Shown here piece by piece: positions 25,570 through 35,460 of a stretch of DNA of 42,538 nt (position 1 is the first letter of the stretch; every line of letters starts with the position of its first letter). Made by a program: the position numbers and the translations under genes. This DNA is from Candidatus Sulfotelmatobacter sp. (GTDB taxonomy: Bacteria > Acidobacteriota > Terriglobia > Terriglobales > Acidobacteriaceae). The stretch spans positions 1-42,538 of the forward strand of contig DATDGW010000560.1 in NCBI GenBank assembly GCA_036521895.1. Direction: 5' to 3'. The notes under the pieces were generated by a model, which did no database searches, had not been told where the DNA came from, and saw only the letters and a program-made list of their open reading frames with translations.

Positions 25570-26697
25570 ATGGCGAAGAGAATGATCCTGATGTTAGTCG
25601 TGATGGCCGCACTTTTAGGGGGCCTCGGATTTGCAAAATTCCGGCAGGTTGAAGCCGCGATTGCCCAGGGCGCAAGCTTTCAGCCCCCGCCAACTGCCGT
25701 GACCACAGTGGTCGCTCAGAAACAGACATGGCCCTCGACGTTGTCGATCATCGGTACGGCAGCCGCGATCGAGGGGGTTACGGTGAGTGCCGACCTGCCG
25801 GGCACGATCGACAAAATTCATTTCGAATCGGGCCAATGGGTGCACGAGGGGGACATTCTGGTCGAACTCGACACCCGCCAGGAACGGGCGCAGTTGGCCA
25901 GTCTGGAGGCGCAGCGCGATTTGGCCAGGATCAACTACGGCCGGGCTCAGGAACTGGTAAAGGCGGGTGTTATTTCCCGTTCGGAGTATGACAATGCCTC
26001 CGCCCAGCAGAAGGCCACTGAGGCACAGGTCGGTGACATTCGCGCCGCGATTGCGCGTAAGACGATCCACGCTCCGTTCGCGGGATTGTTGGGAATTCGT
26101 CAGGTCAGCCTGGGACAGTATCTCGCGGCGGGCCAGGCGATTGTTCCCCTGCAATCTCTGAGTCCGATCTATGTGAACTTTGGCGTGCCCCAGCAAGAGA
26201 CACCCAAAGTGATACCCGGTCATGTTCTACGCGTCACGAACGGCGATCTGCCAGGCATGGCTTTCACCGGCCGGATTACTGCACTCGATTCGATCATCAA
26301 CGAACAGACGCGAAACATTCAGGTGCAGGCCACGGTCACGAACAAAGACAACAAATTGCGTCCTGGAATGTTTGTGCAAGTCGAACTGCCGTTGGGCCAG
26401 CCGCGCCAGGTGGTTCCGTTGCCCGCGTCGGCTATTAACTATGCGCCCTACGGGGACTCGGTGTTCATCGTCGCCGAAATGAAAGACGCGAAGGGGAACA
26501 CATATCGCGGGGTGCGCCAGCAAGTGGTCAAAGTCGAGGGCTCTCGCGGCGATCAAGTTGCCATCACTTCTGGTATCAACCCGGGAGATGAGGTTGTGAG
26601 CTCTGGAGTGTTCCGGCTGCGCAATGGCGCGCCGGTTCAAGTGAACAACACGGTGAAACCCGAAAACAGTGCCAGTCCCAAGCCTGAGGATAGCTAA
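25570..26697 (+). CDS. RND efflux periplasmic adaptor (membrane fusion protein)
   Basis: ATG 25570 gives MAKRMILMLVVMAALLGGLGF as a signal anchor. HlyD/AcrA-like lipoyl and coiled-coil segments follow (GTIDKIHFESGQWVHEGDILVELD, AQLASLEAQRDLARINYGRAQEL). Confidence 0.9.
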   Translation: MAKRMILMLVVMAALLGGLGFAKFRQVEAAIAQGASFQPPPTAVTTVVAQKQTWPSTLSIIGTAAAIEGVTVSADLPGTIDKIHFESGQWVHEGDILVELDTRQERAQLASLEAQRDLARINYGRAQELVKAGVISRSEYDNASAQQKATEAQVGDIRAAIARKTIHAPFAGLLGIRQVSLGQYLAAGQAIVPLQSLSPIYVNFGVPQQETPKVIPGHVLRVTNGDLPGMAFTGRITALDSIINEQTRNIQVQATVTNKDNKLRPGMFVQVELPLGQPRQVVPLPASAINYAPYGDSVFIVAEMKDAKGNTYRGVRQQVVKVEGSRGDQVAITSGINPGDEVVSSGVFRLRNGAPVQVNNTVKPENSASPKPEDS

Positions 26698-26737
26698 ACG
26701 TCACGGCTAAACCTGGCTTGTCCCGGGAGGAACGTCC

Positions 26738-29700
26738 ATGAAGTTCACGGATTTATTTGTTAAGCGTCCGGTTTTGGCGATCGTCGTAAACCTGGTCATC
26801 CTGATCGCGGGGTTGCAAGCGATTCGATCGCTCAGTGTGCGACAGTATCCGCGCAGCGATATTGCGGTCGTGCAGGTTACGACGGTTTATGTCGGCGCGA
26901 ACGCCGATCTGGTTCGTGGTTTCATTACGACGCCGATCGAGCGTGTCATTGCCAGCGCGGATGGCATCGACTACATGGAGTCGACGAGCGCACAGGGCTT
27001 GAGCACGATCCAGGTGCACCTGAAGATCAACTACGACACAACCACGGCTTTGACTCAGATCCAGGCGAAGGTAGCGCAGGTCCGCAATGATCTTCCTCCG
27101 GATGCTCAAGTTCCGGTGATCGATCTGGAGACCGCCGACACTCAGTTTGCGGCGGTGTACCTTGGATTCTCCTCCGCCGACCTCGATCAAAATCAAATCA
27201 CCGACTACTTGACGCGTGTAGTGCAGCCCAAGCTGAGCGCGATCAGCGGTGTGCAGCGCGCCGACATCTTGGGAAACCGCACGTTCGCGATGCGCATCTG
27301 GCTGAAGCCCGAGGAGATGGCTGCGCGTGGGGTCTCTCCCTCCGATGTGCACGACGCCCTGTCGCGCAATAACTATCTGTCGGCTCTTGGGAGCACCAAG
27401 GGTTCCATGGTCTCGGTGAATCTGGTGGCTAACACTGACCTGCGGACCCCCGACGAATTTCGCCAGATGGTGGTGAAACAGCAGAACGGCGTGGTTGTTC
27501 GACTCGGAGAAATTGCGGATGTGGTGCTGGGCGCCGAGAACTATGACCAGGATGTCCGCTTCAACGGCGAGACCGCCACATTTATGGGTGTCTGGGTTCT
27601 ACCCACTGCCAATTCGCTGGAAGTAATTCGCAACGTACGCCAGGCGCTGCCGGCCATTCAGCAGCAATTGCCCACAGGCATGAAGCTGGGAGTTCCGTAC
27701 GACTCAACGGAATACATCCAGGACGCGATCAACGAAGTGCTGCACACGTTGGTGGAGACGCTGTTGATCGTGGTGGTCGTGATCTTCCTGTTCCTCGGTT
27801 CGTTCCGTTCCGTGCTGATTCCGGTGATTGCGATTCCGATCTCGCTGATCGGAGCCGTGTTTCTCATGCTCCTGGCCGGTTTCACGATCAATCTTCTGAC
27901 GCTGCTGGCGATTGTGCTTTCAGTGGGCTTGGTGGTGGACGATGCGATCGTCATGGTGGAGAACGTCGAGCGCCACCTGCACTTGGGCAAGTCACCATTC
28001 CAGGCGGCGAAGGACGCCGCTCGTGAACTGGTCGGACCGATCATCGCCATGACGATTACGCTCGCTGCGGTCTACGCGCCGATCGGGATTCAAGGCGGGT
28101 TGACGGGCGCGCTGTTCCGCGAGTTCGCATTCACGTTGGCTGGCGCGGTCGTCGTGTCGGGCATCGTTGCTCTTACCTTGTCGCCGATGATGGGTTCGAA
28201 GCTGCTGCGCTCCGGGGACACGGAGCGGGGTTTCGCCGGAATCGTCAACCGGCGCTTCGAGAGCGTGCGCATCGTGTATGCCCGGCTGCTGGAGGGCACG
28301 TTAAAGTATCGTCCGGTGGTGCTCACGCTTTGGGCGATTGTGGCTGTGCTGATGATTCCGTTTTATATGTTTTCCCAGCGGGAACTGGCCCCGGCAGAGG
28401 ATCAAGGGGTGGTGTTCGGCGTAATTCAATCGGCTCCCAACGCCACCCTGGACCAGACAAATCTGTTCACTCAGCAGGTCTACGACGTGTATCACTCGTT
28501 CCCGGAAAGCGCGAGCGTCTTTCAGATCACGAATCCCAATGGAGGCTTCGGGGGCATGGTCACCAAGCCGTGGAGCCAGCGCACGAAGACGACGCAACAG
28601 TTGCTTGTGGAGTCAAGCGGCGCGCTGTCCAAGATTTCTGGAGTGCGGGTCATTCCGTTGACGCCACCACCTCTTCCCGGAGGAGGTAATTTCCCGGTCG
28701 ATTTCGTGATTGCATCCGCGGCTGAGCCGGAGCAGGTCAGCCAACTGGCCGAGCAGATCGTAAAGAAGGCTATGGCCAGCGGCATTTTCATCTTTGCCGA
28801 CACGGATGTGAAGTTCGACCAGCCACAAACGGAAGTTGTCTTTGACCGCGACAAGCTTCGTTCGCAGGGCGTAGATCTGAGCCAGGTTGGTCAGGACCTC
28901 TCCACCATGCTGGGCGGAAACTACGTCAACCGCTTCAGCATTCAGGGCCGCAGCTACAAGGTGATCCCGCAGGTAAAACGCGTGGAGCGGCTGACTCCAG
29001 ATCAGCTGTCACAAATTTACGTGAAGGGTTCTTCAGACAAGCTTGTGCCGCTCTCGACGTTTGCCAGTCTGCGAACGACGACCGAGCCCCGATCGCTCAA
29101 CAAGTTTCAGCAGCTGAACGCAGTGCGCATTCAGGGCGTTATTCCGCCGCCGGTGCCTCTCGATCAGGCGCTGACGTTTCTGGAAAACGAAGCCAAGCAG
29201 GTTCTGCCCCAAGGGTTCACCGTCGACTACGCGGGTGAGTCTCGCCAATTGCGGGTGGAAGGCAGCAAATTCCTGGGCACGTTCTTGCTTTCTGCCGTCC
29301 TGATCTATCTGGTGCTCGCGGCGCAATTCGAAAGCTTCCGCGATCCCTTCATCATTTTGGCTGGTTCTGTTCCGCTGGCCATCTCGGGCGCGCTTGCGTT
29401 CTCGTTCCTGGGGTTCACGACTCTCAACATCTACAGCCAGGTCGGATTGATCACTCTCGTCGGTCTGATTGCCAAGAACGGAATTCTGATCGTGGAATTC
29501 GCAAACCATCTGCAGGAAACTGGCCTCAGCAAGCTTGAGGCCATTGCCGGAGCTGCGAGCACGCGGCTACGTCCGATCCTGATGACCACCGCCGCAACTG
29601 TCTTCGGACATTTCCCGCTCGTGCTGGCGAAGGGTCCGGGTGCAGGAGCGCGAAACAGCATCGGCATCATGCTGGTGAGCGGCATGATTATCGGCACGGT

Positions 29701-29812
29701 TTTCACGTTGTTTGTGGTGCCGTCCATTTACATGCTGGTTGCGAAGACTCACGTACGGATCGAGAGCGAAGAAGAGGTCCCTCTCGGCGAGCCGGCTGAA
29801 ACTGCAGCCTGA
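26738..29812 (+). CDS. RND efflux permease (AcrB/MexB-like, HAE1 type)
   Basis: 1024 aa starting MKFTDLFVKRPVLAIVVNLVILIAG. It has 12-TM topology with two large periplasmic loops and the conserved VGLVVDDAIVMVEN motif. Confidence 0.95.
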   Translation: MKFTDLFVKRPVLAIVVNLVILIAGLQAIRSLSVRQYPRSDIAVVQVTTVYVGANADLVRGFITTPIERVIASADGIDYMESTSAQGLSTIQVHLKINYDTTTALTQIQAKVAQVRNDLPPDAQVPVIDLETADTQFAAVYLGFSSADLDQNQITDYLTRVVQPKLSAISGVQRADILGNRTFAMRIWLKPEEMAARGVSPSDVHDALSRNNYLSALGSTKGSMVSVNLVANTDLRTPDEFRQMVVKQQNGVVVRLGEIADVVLGAENYDQDVRFNGETATFMGVWVLPTANSLEVIRNVRQALPAIQQQLPTGMKLGVPYDSTEYIQDAINEVLHTLVETLLIVVVVIFLFLGSFRSVLIPVIAIPISLIGAVFLMLLAGFTINLLTLLAIVLSVGLVVDDAIVMVENVERHLHLGKSPFQAAKDAARELVGPIIAMTITLAAVYAPIGIQGGLTGALFREFAFTLAGAVVVSGIVALTLSPMMGSKLLRSGDTERGFAGIVNRRFESVRIVYARLLEGTLKYRPVVLTLWAIVAVLMIPFYMFSQRELAPAEDQGVVFGVIQSAPNATLDQTNLFTQQVYDVYHSFPESASVFQITNPNGGFGGMVTKPWSQRTKTTQQLLVESSGALSKISGVRVIPLTPPPLPGGGNFPVDFVIASAAEPEQVSQLAEQIVKKAMASGIFIFADTDVKFDQPQTEVVFDRDKLRSQGVDLSQVGQDLSTMLGGNYVNRFSIQGRSYKVIPQVKRVERLTPDQLSQIYVKGSSDKLVPLSTFASLRTTTEPRSLNKFQQLNAVRIQGVIPPPVPLDQALTFLENEAKQVLPQGFTVDYAGESRQLRVEGSKFLGTFLLSAVLIYLVLAAQFESFRDPFIILAGSVPLAISGALAFSFLGFTTLNIYSQVGLITLVGLIAKNGILIVEFANHLQETGLSKLEAIAGAASTRLRPILMTTAATVFGHFPLVLAKGPGAGARNSIGIMLVSGMIIGTVFTLFVVPSIYMLVAKTHVRIESEEEVPLGEPAETAA

Positions 29813-29969
29813 TTGAGTAGCTCCAAGAGACCAGGTGTGATTTCGGCGGCGCTACGCTTACGCTCCGGAATCGCCATTCATTGAACTAGAAGAGCCATTC
29901 CGAGCGACTTCTTCGGATAGACTGTTTGGACCGAGTGGTCACAGTCGGCCGGGGGAGTTGCTCATTTTC

Positions 29970-31061
29970 ATGAAACTCGATCAAGGATTACTGCACAGCC
30001 TTCCCAAGGTTCTCTTGCACGAGCATTTGGATGGTGTGCTGCGGCCTCAGACGGTAATTGAGTTGGCCAGAGACGCGCATTATACCGACCTTCCAACAGA
30101 CTCGGCCCAGGCCTTATCCGAGTGGTTCTTTCGCGGAGCAAATCAAGGGAGTCTGGCGAAATATCTTGAGGGCTTTGCTCACACCATCGCCGTGATGCAG
30201 ACCGAAGAGGCGCTACAACGCGTCGCGTATGAGCAAGCCGAGGATCTGAGCCGGGATGGAATGGTATATTTCGAGACTCGCTTTGCGCCCGTTTTTCATG
30301 CCCAGAAGGGATTGACGCATCAGCGGATTGTTTCGGCAGTGCTGAAAGGACTGGAGCGGGGACGAAAAGACTTCGGGATTTCCTCCGGGTTGATCATCTG
30401 CGCGATGCGCAACATGAATACTTCACTGGAAATGGCGGAACTTGCTGTCGACTTTCGCGCGCGCGGAGTGGTCGGTTTCGATCTGGCGGGCGAGGAAGGT
30501 GGGTATCCACCCAAAAAACATGTGGACGCCTTTCATTACATCCAGCGCGAGAACTTCAACATCACGATTCATGCCGGCGAGGGCTACGGGAAAGAATCGA
30601 TCTGGCAGGCGATTCAATATTGCGGGGCGCATCGCATCGGGCATGGAACGCGCCTGATCGACGATATTGCGGTGGTCGACGGCAAAGCGGTGAAGTTGGG
30701 CGACCTGGCTCAATATGTTCTCGACAAGCGCATTCCGCTCGAGATCTGCCTGCTTAGCAACGTTCATACCGGCGCTACTCCCAGCCTGGCGGAGCATCCC
30801 TTCAAGATTCTTTATCAAGAAAAATTCCGAGTGACTTTGAATACGGACAACCGCTTGATGAGCCGTACTTCGATGACTCAGGAATTTGAGGCCGCTGCGG
30901 AAACCTTTGGACTCTCCCTGGCGGACTTTGAAAAGATCACCATCAACGCGATGAAGAGTGCGTTCCTGCCTTACACGCAGCGCTGCGATTTTATCTACTC
31001 AGTTATCAAGCCCGGTTACGCCCGAATCCGGGAGTCGATAGCATCCCAAACTTCCCATTAA
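29970..31061 (+). CDS. add: adenosine deaminase
   Basis: Motifs are LPKVLLHEHLDG, FDLAGEE, HAGE and NTDN. The track ORF begins at TTG 29958; ATG 29970 (MKLDQ) is preferred. Confidence 0.9.
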   Translation: MKLDQGLLHSLPKVLLHEHLDGVLRPQTVIELARDAHYTDLPTDSAQALSEWFFRGANQGSLAKYLEGFAHTIAVMQTEEALQRVAYEQAEDLSRDGMVYFETRFAPVFHAQKGLTHQRIVSAVLKGLERGRKDFGISSGLIICAMRNMNTSLEMAELAVDFRARGVVGFDLAGEEGGYPPKKHVDAFHYIQRENFNITIHAGEGYGKESIWQAIQYCGAHRIGHGTRLIDDIAVVDGKAVKLGDLAQYVLDKRIPLEICLLSNVHTGATPSLAEHPFKILYQEKFRVTLNTDNRLMSRTSMTQEFEAAAETFGLSLADFEKITINAMKSAFLPYTQRCDFIYSVIKPGYARIRESIASQTSH

Positions 31062-31085
31062 CTTCGCGCAGTGCACGGAGATTTC

Positions 31086-32159
31086 ATGTGCAATCGCCCT
31101 AGGCATCTGTGCTTAACACTCGCGCTATATGCGATCTGTTGCAGCCATCTTTCGGGCCAGGCCGCAATGCAGGCTGGGCCGATACGAATCAAAGTCGTCG
31201 TGGTGACCATGTTTGAGCGTGGCGAGGACACTGGCGACACTCCGGGCGAATTCCAGCTCTGGGTCGAACGTGAGCATCTCGATCAGATTGTTCCGCTACC
31301 TTCGGGGTATCACCACGTGCGCTTGAATAAGGCCGGAGTTCTCGGCATGGTCACTGGAGTGGGAACCGCCAAGGCCGCGGCATCGGTGATGGCATTGGGC
31401 CTCGACCCACGTTTCGATTTGTCCAAGGCTTACTGGATTGTCGCAGGTATTGGCGGTGGAGATCCGGCGGACGTCTCGGTTGGGTCAGCGATTTGGGCGG
31501 ATCATGTGGTGGATGGCGACCTGGCGTTCGAGATCGACGCGCGTCAGATTCCTGCGAGTTGGCCGACCGGCTATGTTCCTCTGCGGAAGGGGACGCCTTA
31601 CGAACCACCTGCCGCTGACCTCTACGGGGAAATCTACACCCTCGACCCGGGACTAGTAGGCTGGGCGTTCCATCTCACACAAGACGTCCCGCTGGGCGAT
31701 TCCGATTCCTTACGCAGGTCACGGGCACGCTTTGCAGGATTCCCGAATGCGCTGAAGCCCCCGTTCGTTGCGAGAGGCGACACCTTATCGGCGAGTACTT
31801 TCTGGCATGGTTCCAAGATGGATGAATGGGCCAATGCGTGGACTCGCTACTACACCGGCGGCAAAGGAAATTACATGGTTGCAGCGATGGAAGATTCGGG
31901 CACTCTGCAGGCTCTCACGTTTCTGAATCAAGCTGGGCGCGTTGATCTGCAACGGGTTCTCGTCTTGCGAACGGTCAGCAACTACGACCGCGAAGCGCCC
32001 GGAGTGCCGGTTTCGGAAAGCCTGCAAGAGATGGTTTCCGGGAACTACTCAGCTTATTTGCCGGCTCTGGAAGCTGCGCAGATCGTCGGAGATAAAGTGG
32101 TGCGCGATCTCGTGGGGCATTGGGCGGATCGGGAATCGACGATTCCTCATCTCCCTTAG
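31086..32159 (+). CDS. NUP-family 'purine nucleoside permease' homolog with signal peptide
   Basis: The signal peptide is MCNRPRHLCLTLALYAICCSHLSGQA. The family start is IKVVVVTMFERGEDTGDTPGEFQLWVERE, and VAGIGGGDP is also present. The track ORF starts at GTG 31071. Confidence 0.8.
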   Translation: MCNRPRHLCLTLALYAICCSHLSGQAAMQAGPIRIKVVVVTMFERGEDTGDTPGEFQLWVEREHLDQIVPLPSGYHHVRLNKAGVLGMVTGVGTAKAAASVMALGLDPRFDLSKAYWIVAGIGGGDPADVSVGSAIWADHVVDGDLAFEIDARQIPASWPTGYVPLRKGTPYEPPAADLYGEIYTLDPGLVGWAFHLTQDVPLGDSDSLRRSRARFAGFPNALKPPFVARGDTLSASTFWHGSKMDEWANAWTRYYTGGKGNYMVAAMEDSGTLQALTFLNQAGRVDLQRVLVLRTVSNYDREAPGVPVSESLQEMVSGNYSAYLPALEAAQIVGDKVVRDLVGHWADRESTIPHLP

Positions 32160-32180
32160 TTATGGCTGGTTCGGAGCGCC

Positions 32181-33419
32181 TCACGCGGACAGAGTCGCGA
32201 GGGTCTCAGCCAGTATAAGCGTTCCACGAGCAATATCTTCCAGGGACGCGTACTCGTCGGGACGATGGCTGTACCCGTTGCGGCAGGGGATGAACAACAT
32301 GGCGACGGGGGCGATGCGCGCCATGAAAAGCGAATCGTGGTAGGCGCGACTGACCATGGGAATGAAGTTCATTTTGTGTTTGCGACACGATTGAGAAAGC
32401 GTCTCGATGATTTCTGGAGCGCAGTCCGCGGGGGCGTCGGCGTTGACCAACTCGCTGTTAACCGACACTTGCCGCTTTGCCGATATCGAACGACAAGTGG
32501 CTGCAATCGCACGCATGACGAGATCGCGGCGTTGCAGATCCGTGTCACGGATATCCACGGAAAGGCGAACCCGGCCCGGAATACTATTGACGGCGCCGGG
32601 AAACACATCGCAAATGCCGACGGTCGCGACCGTGTCGATGGCTCCACTAGTACGTGCAGCGTTTTCAATTGCCAGAATCAACTCAGCTGCAGCGCAGAGT
32701 GCGTCGTGGCGGTCGGGCATGAGAACACCACCGGCGTGTCCACCCGAACCTTCGATCAGAATGTGCAGGCTCGCAGGGGCTGCGATTTTCGCAACGATAC
32801 CGAGAGGAATCTGCTGCTGCTCCAGCAACGGACCTTGCTCGATGTGCAGCTCCAGGAACGCTTTGTAGTATCCAAGCGGCAGCTTTACCTGCTCAAGTTC
32901 ACCCGCAAACCCGGCCCGCTTGCGAACCTCGTCCACCGTCGTGCCGTCGTTGTCTTTTAGTCCTCGGGCTGCCTCCGGCGAAAGCGTGCCCGAGAGTAAC
33001 CGGCTTCCCAGACATCCGATTCCGAAGCGTGTCGGTTCTTCCGAGGTGAAAATTAGCAACTCTATCGAATGCCTGGGGCGAAACCCGCTCTGCTGCAAAG
33101 CCCGGACCGCTTCCAAACCTCCCATCACGCCCACAACGCCGTCGTATTTCCCGGCGTTTGGAATCGCATCGAGATGCGAGCCAGTTCCGACTGCCGAGGC
33201 AGACGGATCAGCGCCATTCCAGCGTGCGAAAGTATTTCCAACGGCATCCTGGCGCACGGCCAGGCCGGCATCCTCACACCGCGTTTTCATCCATGCACGT
33301 GCCTTTAGATCAGACGGGGTGAAAACCACTCGAGTCACAACCGGCGGCTTAGCCTCAGAGATCAAAGCCAGAGCTTCAATTTCGGACTGCAGCCGATTTC
33401 CATTGATCTTCAGGCTCAT
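32181..33419 (-). CDS. M20-family amidase of the allantoate/ureidoglycolate amidohydrolase (hydantoinase/carbamoylase) group
   Basis: Motifs are GSHLDAIPNAGKYDGVVGV, FTSEEPTRFG, ELHIEQGPLLE and GGHAG. ATG 33419 overlaps the upstream stop as ATGA. The longer track ORF (to 33557) would overlap the cupin gene. Confidence 0.85.
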   Translation of the reverse strand: MSLKINGNRLQSEIEALALISEAKPPVVTRVVFTPSDLKARAWMKTRCEDAGLAVRQDAVGNTFARWNGADPSASAVGTGSHLDAIPNAGKYDGVVGVMGGLEAVRALQQSGFRPRHSIELLIFTSEEPTRFGIGCLGSRLLSGTLSPEAARGLKDNDGTTVDEVRKRAGFAGELEQVKLPLGYYKAFLELHIEQGPLLEQQQIPLGIVAKIAAPASLHILIEGSGGHAGGVLMPDRHDALCAAAELILAIENAARTSGAIDTVATVGICDVFPGAVNSIPGRVRLSVDIRDTDLQRRDLVMRAIAATCRSISAKRQVSVNSELVNADAPADCAPEIIETLSQSCRKHKMNFIPMVSRAYHDSLFMARIAPVAMLFIPCRNGYSHRPDEYASLEDIARGTLILAETLATLSA

Positions 33420-34162
33420 CGATGCGAGCCCGCCAAGGGATGGCGGTTCCAATCTTTGTAAATGAGATATTTTGCGGGAACCTTGCCGATCGCTCCGAAC
33501 CACTGCGGGCACCACGGTCCCATCCAGATGAAGTCTCCCGTGCTCACGGGATACCAAGAGTCGCCGAGCCGGTAAATTCCGCCACCTTCGAGCATGAGGA
33601 GCCCGTGCTCCATCACATGCATTTCAACCATGCTCAGTGCGGCCCCGGGCTGATAGACCATGGTATTCACGGCGAAGTCGAAACTCACCTCATCTGGCAG
33701 CAGACACTTGACCTGCAGGTCGGGATCGTCGCCGAGCGGATGTGACGAGACCGCATCTTCGCTCGAGATAATCAAGTGAGGTGGCTCGGTCGAGTCGAGA
33801 TGGAGATAGCTCTTCTCGATGACCGCAAGACGGCTCACTTTTGTAGCCACTACTTCATGACGGAATCCTTCGGGAAAGTACGCGTAACCGTTCGGGCCAA
33901 GCGTCTTCGATTTGCGATCGCCTTCTACCTTCGCGCCGCCTGCGATCACGAAAATGAAGCGTTGCGCAGAAGTAGGCCCGAGTTCTCCGCCAACTTCGAA
34001 CTCAGCTGTGTACTGGGTAAACTTGGCGCCCACGGCCGGGCTGACGTGCACGATCGCGGCGCCGCCCTTCATTCCCGGCAGAGTTGTGCGCACAAAAGTA
34101 TCGGGAGTCAGCAGCAGATGGTTCGGTTTTTGCGAGCTTCGAGTCCGGCCAAGATTATGCAC
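33416..34162 (-). CDS. allE: (S)-ureidoglycine aminohydrolase (bicupin)
   Basis: The segment GRTRSSQKPNHLLLTPDTFVRTTLPGM resembles the YlbA/UGlyAH N-terminus. Two cupin halves are present (..GGAKVEGD.. and HVMEHGLLMLEGGGIYRLGD). GTG 34162 overlaps the allC stop by 8 nt. The 289-aa track ORF would overlap allC by 130 nt in another frame. Confidence 0.8.
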   Translation of the reverse strand: MHNLGRTRSSQKPNHLLLTPDTFVRTTLPGMKGGAAIVHVSPAVGAKFTQYTAEFEVGGELGPTSAQRFIFVIAGGAKVEGDRKSKTLGPNGYAYFPEGFRHEVVATKVSRLAVIEKSYLHLDSTEPPHLIISSEDAVSSHPLGDDPDLQVKCLLPDEVSFDFAVNTMVYQPGAALSMVEMHVMEHGLLMLEGGGIYRLGDSWYPVSTGDFIWMGPWCPQWFGAIGKVPAKYLIYKDWNRHPLAGSHR

Positions 34163-35417
34163 AGTTTGTCCTTTTGTAGAATTCGGGGGACGAAGCGAGC
34201 TGATCAAGAAGATGTAAGCCACATACAATCGCCTTCTCAACGTCGTCTTGTGTGACCGATTCAGCGGGATCGTGGCTGATTCCACCGGGGCTGCGGAGAA
34301 AAATCATCGCGCTCGGAACTTTCTCAGCCATGATCATGGCATCGTGACCAGCACCGCTCACCATCCGATGCCGCGTGCATCCCGCCTTGGCGATCGCTTG
34401 TTCGATCTCCCCAATGAAGAACGGGTCCAGGGAGACAGCGGGCTGGCTCAACAGGCGACTTTCGCGGACGGTTAGCCCGCGATGAGTAGCGATTCCTTGA
34501 GCTTGGCGAAGGAGTTCCCCTACCGCGCGAGTGCGAATCTCGTCAGAAAGGTGGCGAACGTCGAGTGTCAGGCGTGCTTGACCGGCGATGACGTTGGTGG
34601 CTCCGGGCTTTGCGTCGATCTTTCCAACCGTTGCCACCAGACCGGGGACTTCTAGGGCACAACGTTCTACCACGCCGATCCACTGTGCCGCGCCGGCGAT
34701 CGCATCGCACCGAAAATGCATCGGCGTTGTGCCGGCATGGTTGGCATGGCCCAGGAATGTCAACTCTAACCGGGTCTGTCCGGCGATGCCTTCGACTGCT
34801 GCGAGGGGAAGATTCAATCTTTCGAGAACGGGTCCCTGCTCGATATGAAACTCGAGATAACCGATAACGTCGCGTTGCAACTCCGCCCGAGAAATCTCAG
34901 CGGGATCGAGTCCGAACTCTTGGATTGCTTTTCGCATCGAGATGCTTCGCGCATCCTGAAGGTCGAGAAGTTCTTCATCCAACCGGCCCACCAGTGCACG
35001 GCTGCCGATAAACGGAGTTCCGAAACGCACGCCTTCCTCCTCCGAAAAGCCGACGACCTCGATCGCGAAGGGAAGTCGCCGTCCCCGAAGTTCTTCCAGC
35101 AGGGCGACCGCGAGCACAACGCCGAGGATGCCGTCATAAGCACCGGCGTTAGGAACCGTGTCGAGGTGCGAGCCAATCAGGAGACGCAGGGCGTTCGGCT
35201 GTGTAGCCGGATAGACTCCCCGCAAATTGCCGGCAGCATCGATGCGCACTTCGGAGCCAAGCGGTTCCATCCATCGCGCAATTTCCTGGTGGCAGTCGTG
35301 CATGGGGGGCGAGAGAAAGGTTCGGCGCGTGCTGCCCGAGTCCTCGGAAAACGATGCAAGCTTCAGACACCGTTGGATGACTTCCGCCGCTCGCGTTATG
35401 ATCTCGGTGGTCTGCAC
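34155..35417 (-). CDS. allC: allantoate amidohydrolase-type M20 amidase
   Basis: Motifs are GSHLDTVPNAGAYDGILGV, FSEEEGVRFG, EFHIEQGPVLE, GHANHAGTTPM, SGAGHDA and GGISHDPAE. The start codon is GTG. Confidence 0.85.
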   Translation of the reverse strand: MQTTEIITRAAEVIQRCLKLASFSEDSGSTRRTFLSPPMHDCHQEIARWMEPLGSEVRIDAAGNLRGVYPATQPNALRLLIGSHLDTVPNAGAYDGILGVVLAVALLEELRGRRLPFAIEVVGFSEEEGVRFGTPFIGSRALVGRLDEELLDLQDARSISMRKAIQEFGLDPAEISRAELQRDVIGYLEFHIEQGPVLERLNLPLAAVEGIAGQTRLELTFLGHANHAGTTPMHFRCDAIAGAAQWIGVVERCALEVPGLVATVGKIDAKPGATNVIAGQARLTLDVRHLSDEIRTRAVGELLRQAQGIATHRGLTVRESRLLSQPAVSLDPFFIGEIEQAIAKAGCTRHRMVSGAGHDAMIMAEKVPSAMIFLRSPGGISHDPAESVTQDDVEKAIVCGLHLLDQLASSPEFYKRTNCA

Positions 35418-35460
35418 TGGATTCCACTTTGAATGTCGAGTGCCCCCTCATGCCAGACGC

